The notes under the pieces: model-generated
Database searches by the model: none
What the model was told of the DNA's origin: nothing
Seen by the model: the letters and a program-made list of their open reading frames with translations, nothing else
IMG/VR virus record: IMGVR_UViG_3300014838_000020
Location: 11,390-75,389 of that record
Source: a virus
Strand: one strand, 5' to 3'
Length of the DNA: 64,000 bases
Translations under genes and position numbers: made by a program
In this document: positions 59,370 to 64,000 of the stretch, in pieces
How positions within the stretch are numbered: position 1 is the stretch's first letter
Layout of the letters: every line of letters begins with the position of its first letter

Positions 59370-59427
59370 TACCTTCCATATTATAGTATACCGTTAATTT
59401 AACCAGTATACTATAATATGGAAGGTA
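59370..59427. repeat. Perfect 22-bp inverted repeat overlapping a promoter and the GT2 RBS
   Basis: taccttccatattatagtatac-N14-gtatactataatatggaaggta. Confidence 0.9.
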
Positions 59428-59433
59428 TTGCAA
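59405..59433 (-). promoter_or_regulatory. Promoter for GT2/HslV-like genes
   Basis: TTGCAA-17 nt-TATACT; predicted start falls in the loop of the inverted repeat. Confidence 0.7.
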
Positions 59434-59452
59434 CTCTTACTACAAAATTTCT

Positions 59453-60868
59453 TTAAACGGTTTTAAAATCTTTTACATGATACAAGTGATCTTCATCTCT
59501 TGCATGATATTTACAGTCTCCATTATATGTTCTGTCATCAATTGCCATAAAATACCAATCTTTACCTGGTCTTTTGAATCCATTATGGAATTCACCATCT
59601 GTTATAACCAAAACGTAAGGATTAGTATGTGTTTCGTTTTGAATCTGTTCAACATACCTGGAAACAGCATCAATATCTGTACCACCATTCGCTAATGGGC
59701 CTCCTGGCTCATAGGGAATCAAATATGTACCCCAAGTGCAAGGATATGCCTTAATTAGCTTTTCTGGGATATCTTCTAACAATCCCTGAAGCATTTTGAC
59801 AAGAGTTCTTGGAATTGAACCAGATAGATCCAATGCTATTACGAACACTGGAATACTATCTCCCTTATCACTAGCTTTTGGATCTTTAGTTTTTACCTTA
59901 GGAACAATGGCTCTTGGATAGACAGAAACTAATCTACGGTTTTGTGAAGTCCAATCGTATTTAACTTTTGTCTTTTTGCCAGCTTCTAGAACTTTTGGAT
60001 TAATCTTAGCTAAAAGCTGATTCCAATTCATTCTAGCAGGAGATGGAGCTCTTTTTTCGCCAATAAGACCACCAGTTGGAGAATATCCTCCACTTTTAGT
60101 ATTATTGACTTCATCCATGAACTCATCAGAAGTCATGTTCTTTTCTTTAGCAGTTTTTTGAACTAAATCTTTCAAATAATCTTCAAGATCAAAAACATCT
60201 TCATCATCGATTTGAATTCCGCCACAGCCACCTTTCGGTTGCTGCTCATCTTCATCTTCCGATTCATCTCCTTCTCCACCACTTCCTTCACCATCTTCAT
60301 CATCAGGTTCACCTTCTCCACTACCATCTGATTTACCTTTTCCGCCTTGTCCCTTTTGTCCTTTCTGACCTTTGGAACCATTTGGATCTCCTTCACCTTC
60401 TCCTTCTTGTGGAGGCATCTGGTCTACTATTAAATCATAGACCTGCTTTGTACTCATTGAAGTACAATCTTTATGCAGGAGTTGTTGACCTGTAATTGCA
60501 TCATCTGGTAATGGTAATTGATAGATTGTTTCGATGATATCATTATTGATACATTCTTGAGCCATATGTAGAATTTTCTTGTCAGGAAAAACATGTTCTA
60601 TTCGCTCAAGAACATGATCAAAGATTAAATGTTCTGTCTCATGAAGGATAACAGATGCAATCATTTCTTCATCTGCATTTTCAACAAAATCTTCATTAAC
60701 AGTAAACATAATTCTTTTTTCTCTTTTATCCCATTTTAAAGATGCTGTTGAGACAGAGTTGTCTACTACAGGCATTCCTAATCCGCGAGCAATCGCTCCT
60801 AAATTAGGATCAAGATATAGTAACTCCAACAAACCATCTTTAAAGGATTTCTCGAAACTATTTAACAT
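59453..60868 (-). CDS. VWA domain protein with HExxH metallopeptidase-like N-terminus
   Basis: ILHETEH, acidic G/E linker, DLSGS MIDAS, GGTD, ITDGE. Confidence 0.85.
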   Translation of the reverse strand: MLNSFEKSFKDGLLELLYLDPNLGAIARGLGMPVVDNSVSTASLKWDKREKRIMFTVNEDFVENADEEMIASVILHETEHLIFDHVLERIEHVFPDKKILHMAQECINNDIIETIYQLPLPDDAITGQQLLHKDCTSMSTKQVYDLIVDQMPPQEGEGEGDPNGSKGQKGQKGQGGKGKSDGSGEGEPDDEDGEGSGGEGDESEDEDEQQPKGGCGGIQIDDEDVFDLEDYLKDLVQKTAKEKNMTSDEFMDEVNNTKSGGYSPTGGLIGEKRAPSPARMNWNQLLAKINPKVLEAGKKTKVKYDWTSQNRRLVSVYPRAIVPKVKTKDPKASDKGDSIPVFVIALDLSGSIPRTLVKMLQGLLEDIPEKLIKAYPCTWGTYLIPYEPGGPLANGGTDIDAVSRYVEQIQNETHTNPYVLVITDGEFHNGFKRPGKDWYFMAIDDRTYNGDCKYHARDEDHLYHVKDFKTV

Positions 60869-60881
60869 TTCTTCCTTTTAA

Positions 60882-62180
60882 CTAGGGGTTGTTTATTGAG
60901 TTAATAATACTCTGAAAAGCATTAGCAACATTAGCAACATTAGCATTAGTATCTACTTTCATTGCTTCTGCTTGCTGGTCAGCAGAGTCAACAGCAGGAG
61001 TTGTATCCATTAGTTCAACTGCAACTTCGGGATTGTTCTGCAGATATACACGAAGAGCTTCATTGTAATTCTGTGTTTTCGTGTACTGCCAATTCTGTAG
61101 CAAAGTCCTTGCTTGGTTAGTATCAAGGTCTCTAACAATTGGACCATACTCTTCCACAATTCTACCTGTATTAATACCAGCATTTAAAGCTGCTGCAGTT
61201 GATGTCCTCAACTTATACATCAACTTTTCTTCCATAGAAGAACCAGTAATAGGTTGACCATTACCGTCTACTGGATTACCAATAGCATCTATTGTTTGAT
61301 TCTTTTTCTGCTCAGCAACAAGTACCTTTAGATTTCCATAAGCCTTGATTAGAGGATCTTGATTCTGCTTCTTACGAAGATCAGAAGGACCCAACTTAAT
61401 CAATTCCTTAGCATTAGCTACAGCTTCATCGGGATTGATATTAATTTTCTTAATACCAACAACTGCTTCCTCGATACGCTGAGCCCAATGTTTATGAGCA
61501 ACAATGATATCATCTGGAAGAGATGCTGCAATAATTTCAGCGGTTTGAAAATGCATAAATGCATCAAGCACCTTCTCTAGTCTTCTAGGAGAAAAGTAGC
61601 CCAATGTATTCTTCTTACTTTTTCTATCATCCCTATAAGAAACTTGATATTCCTTAAAAAGATCGATAGCCGTTCTAGCTACTGCAGGACCATACTTAGC
61701 TTTGAAAAAAGCATAGTCAGCAACAACTTCAGAAGTCAAGAAGAAGTCAAACCTATCTCGAACAGCGATATCTAATTCTTCAGTATTATAACCCTTATCT
61801 ACTGGGTTAATTGCAGCTACCACACATTTCAAATTCTTTAGTGGCTCACCATTAATACTTCTGAACTGGATAATTTCCATGACTGCATTAATAGTCTTGG
61901 GATCAGCACGGTTTAACTCATCGAAGAAAATGACTTGTGCTGCGTCAATCTCTCTTGGTCGATAGTACTCAACCAACTTATTGATTGTATCTGGAACTGG
62001 AATACCAACAAGGTCTGCAAACGGGTCTAGTGTGGAAGAACTATAGTACTTCATAGAAAGTCCCAACTCATTAGCAGCAGACCTTAACATTTCTGTTTTT
62101 CCGGTTCCAGCTTCACCAGCAATAAGAATATTCTTACTGGCGTCCATATATTGTTTTAACTGTTGAACAGTAATTGCCAT
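60882..62180 (-). CDS. MoxR-like AAA+ ATPase
   Basis: GEAGTGKT, DLVGIP, FFDELNRA, AAINP, AVRDRF, SPRRLE; adjacent to VWA gene. Confidence 0.85.
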   Translation of the reverse strand: MAITVQQLKQYMDASKNILIAGEAGTGKTEMLRSAANELGLSMKYYSSSTLDPFADLVGIPVPDTINKLVEYYRPREIDAAQVIFFDELNRADPKTINAVMEIIQFRSINGEPLKNLKCVVAAINPVDKGYNTEELDIAVRDRFDFFLTSEVVADYAFFKAKYGPAVARTAIDLFKEYQVSYRDDRKSKKNTLGYFSPRRLEKVLDAFMHFQTAEIIAASLPDDIIVAHKHWAQRIEEAVVGIKKININPDEAVANAKELIKLGPSDLRKKQNQDPLIKAYGNLKVLVAEQKKNQTIDAIGNPVDGNGQPITGSSMEEKLMYKLRTSTAAALNAGINTGRIVEEYGPIVRDLDTNQARTLLQNWQYTKTQNYNEALRVYLQNNPEVAVELMDTTPAVDSADQQAEAMKVDTNANVANVANAFQSIINSINNP

Positions 62181-62195
62181 ATTATTTATTTTCCT

Positions 62196-62483
62196 TTATT
62201 TTGTTGAGATTCTACTCTGTCTTATTACTTCTCTTTGTTTTTCAGAAACGCCACCCCAGTTACCATAATTTTCGGGATATGCCAAAGCAAATTCCAAACA
62301 TTCTTCTTGTACTGGGCATCTATTGCACATTTCTTTTACTTCTTCTGTAACAGCTTTACCAGTTGGCGGATAGAAATCATCACATGTATAAGGAATATGT
62401 TCTTTAGTTTCTGGAACGAATTTCTTTTCCTTTTTACAAAGACTATCTTTCTGCCAAGCATACTTAAGACTATTTGCTTTCAT
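62196..62483 (-). CDS. whiB: WhiB-family transcription factor
   Basis: WQ...C, C-x2-C-x5-C (CNRCPVQEEC), GNWGG turn, SEKQR. Confidence 0.88.
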   Translation of the reverse strand: MKANSLKYAWQKDSLCKKEKKFVPETKEHIPYTCDDFYPPTGKAVTEEVKEMCNRCPVQEECLEFALAYPENYGNWGGVSEKQREVIRQSRISTK

Positions 62484-62689
62484 TAATCAACTTTCTTTAA
62501 AAAGTTAATAATATAATCTGCAAATACTGTTGCTTCAATAACATCTTTTTCACCCTTATCGCCATCTAAATTAATGATGATACCAACAAGGGTACTGTGT
62601 ACTTCTCCACTACTTAGATAATCTACTATCTTTTTGTGTAACCTATCAAAATTATTTATTTCTGAGGGGTCACTTTTTGTTTTCTCCAT
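62483..62689 (-). CDS. Hypothetical protein
   Basis: Tiled ORF. Confidence 0.5.
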   Translation of the reverse strand: MEKTKSDPSEINNFDRLHKKIVDYLSSGEVHSTLVGIIINLDGDKGEKDVIEATVFADYIINFLKKVD

Positions 62690-62888
62690 TTTTTCCTTTC
62701 TTTGGTTGTGACGTTAGATGATAACCACGACAAACTCTACAAAAATAATAGCGTATTTCTTTACGCTTTTTTGTTTTGTCTGACATGCAATCAGCTAAAG
62801 CAATTTGGGCTGATAGTTCATACTTATAACTCTTTTTGTGTTGTTGATTACAGACTTCCATGTTAATACCTCTTCTTGGGTCTGCCAT
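62670..62888 (-). CDS. Small Zn-binding phage protein
   Basis: C...K..Y...A...RYYFCRVCRGYHLTS motif. Confidence 0.6.
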   Translation of the reverse strand: MADPRRGINMEVCNQQHKKSYKYELSAQIALADCMSDKTKKRKEIRYYFCRVCRGYHLTSQPKKGKNGENKK

Positions 62889-62979
62889 AAACTAATACAA
62901 AAATAATAAAACATATGAACATTATAAACCAAAACGCCATGACTACTCCTTTCTAAGTAATATTAAGGTTGATTTATAA

Positions 62980-63348
62980 TTAAATTTTGTTTTCTTTAAT
63001 TCGATATTCAATTTCTACTAAAACAGCTTTTATAACACGAAAATTTGAAAAGAATAATTCTTGACTAAATTCTCTTCTATGTTGTAAAAAATTTTCTATA
63101 TATTCAGAAGTGCTTAATGATCTTTCACTTGCTAGATGAAAAATTTCTAGTAATTCATCTAGAGAAACATTTGGCAAATCATCAATTAAGTCTACTTCAG
63201 ATTCTAGCATTTCTAGTTTAGCTTTTTCTAATTTTTTTTCTAGTTCATTTTCTAACATTTTTTCCTTTCCTTTAATTAAAGAAGAATACACCGGGACAAC
63301 GATCTGCATCGCCATACCACTGTACTCCAAATCGTTTATTACGTTCAT
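62980..63348 (-). CDS. Hypothetical protein (start probably about 63258)
   Basis: AAAGGA RBS before MLENEL. Confidence 0.45.
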   Translation of the reverse strand: MNVINDLEYSGMAMQIVVPVYSSLIKGKEKMLENELEKKLEKAKLEMLESEVDLIDDLPNVSLDELLEIFHLASERSLSTSEYIENFLQHRREFSQELFFSNFRVIKAVLVEIEYRIKENKI

Positions 63349-63733
63349 AATACCAAACTGCTACTTCACTCTGTTGATTTCCTGAAGCTAAATTTGCGCT
63401 CCATAATAAATTAACAGGAAAGTGCAGTGCTACTGCTGCAGAATGCCAAGTACTAGGGGTAAGTTGATACCAACCTTCACCAGTATTTGCATCTCCGTCA
63501 ATACGGTGATTCCTTGATTCATACCGTCTAATGCATTGAAACGTTCTCTGTACACTAGCCGGTAACATTCTCGTAGGATCTGATTTATCAGGATAACTAA
63601 TACCTGGACCATACGTTTTATATACTTCAGGAGTTATTAATACTCTCCCAAAAGGTTTTACTGCAAAAGCGGGTGAAGCAGAAAAAATAATACTTAATAC
63701 CAATAAAATTGAAATAGTTACTTTCTTTAGCAC
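63272..63733 (-). CDS. Secreted Rpf-like/lysozyme-fold transglycosylase
   Basis: Signal peptide (ending AFA), CIRRYES catalytic Glu, GWYQLTPSTW, QQ...A, W...C. Confidence 0.75.
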   Translation of the reverse strand: MLKKVTISILLVLSIIFSASPAFAVKPFGRVLITPEVYKTYGPGISYPDKSDPTRMLPASVQRTFQCIRRYESRNHRIDGDANTGEGWYQLTPSTWHSAAVALHFPVNLLWSANLASGNQQSEVAVWYYERNKRFGVQWYGDADRCPGVFFFN

Positions 63734-63820
63734 ATTGCTCCAATGTTCAGAAATTAAGGACTAAAAGTTACAATGTTTTTCAATTGAACTCCTTTCTTTC
63801 TCTATCTATTGCGATTTTAT

Positions 63821-63991
63821 CTAACGTCGGCCTCTACGAAGATCATCTCTAATACCATCAGCATAATTAGAACATCTAGTTTCTAGTGCCTCTGCTAATG
63901 ATAAAGCATCATCTAAGCTTAAAGGTTGAGCAGCATCTTCAAAATCTCTGAATACGTCTTCAGCCATCCTATCAATGTCATTCTCGTCCAT
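63821..63991 (-). CDS. Small acidic hypothetical protein (56 aa)
   Basis: MDENDIDRMAEDVF...RRGRR* with GGAG RBS. Confidence 0.5.
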   Translation of the reverse strand: MDENDIDRMAEDVFRDFEDAAQPLSLDDALSLAEALETRCSNYADGIRDDLRRGRR

Positions 63992-64000
63992 TATTTCTCC

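Noticed and set aside
60200-60420. Repeat-like GA-rich tract in the VWA gene
   Set aside because: Encodes the usual acidic Gly/Glu linker of this protein family rather than a DNA-level repeat element
18699-62486. Short + strand ORFs within the - strand arm (e.g. 22981-23316, 34371-34727, 41877-42209)
   Set aside because: Antisense shadows of well-supported genes
1-64000. Alternative genetic code (stop codon reassignment)
   Set aside because: Known genes are full length and tile densely under the standard code; TAG and TGA serve as real stops with overlapping starts

Overview
This window is a 64 kb internal segment of a large, AT-rich (roughly one-third G+C by eye) contractile-tailed phage. 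The host is probably an actinobacterium, judging from WhiB, an Rpf-like transglycosylase, leaderless TTGACA-N17-TATAAT/TATACT promoters and a gene content reminiscent of Bxz1/E3-like myoviruses. From 1 to 16.9 kb the + strand carries a tail/baseplate module: tape measure-like protein, NlpC/P60 hub, gp25-like wedge, baseplate J and a LamG tail protein. From 16.9 kb to the end all genes are on the - strand. These include a four-gene sugar operon (SDR epimerase, a plant-like RGP/UDP-arabinopyranose mutase of family GT75, two GT-A proteins) and an intein-containing large terminase. They also include a recombination/replication block (RuvC, Cas4-like nuclease, Hjc-like nuclease, RecA, DnaE, SSB, primase, DnaB, DnaC, 5'-3' exonuclease) with an embedded LuxE-like/LuxC-like pair lacking catalytic cysteines. 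Further on are peptide deformylase, RNA ligase, a promoter-driven tRNA-like RNA, a second glycosylation locus (GT17, GT4, GT2, HslV-like), MoxR-VWA, WhiB and an Rpf-like protein. Four free-standing homing endonuclease genes are present, and two or three of them duplicate the terminus of the neighbouring gene. The best candidates for an undescribed system are (i) a phage-encoded furanose-sugar glycosylation pathway built around a GT75 mutase and (ii) the LuxE/LuxC pseudo-enzyme pair. All family calls come from motif recognition by eye; no database searches were run.
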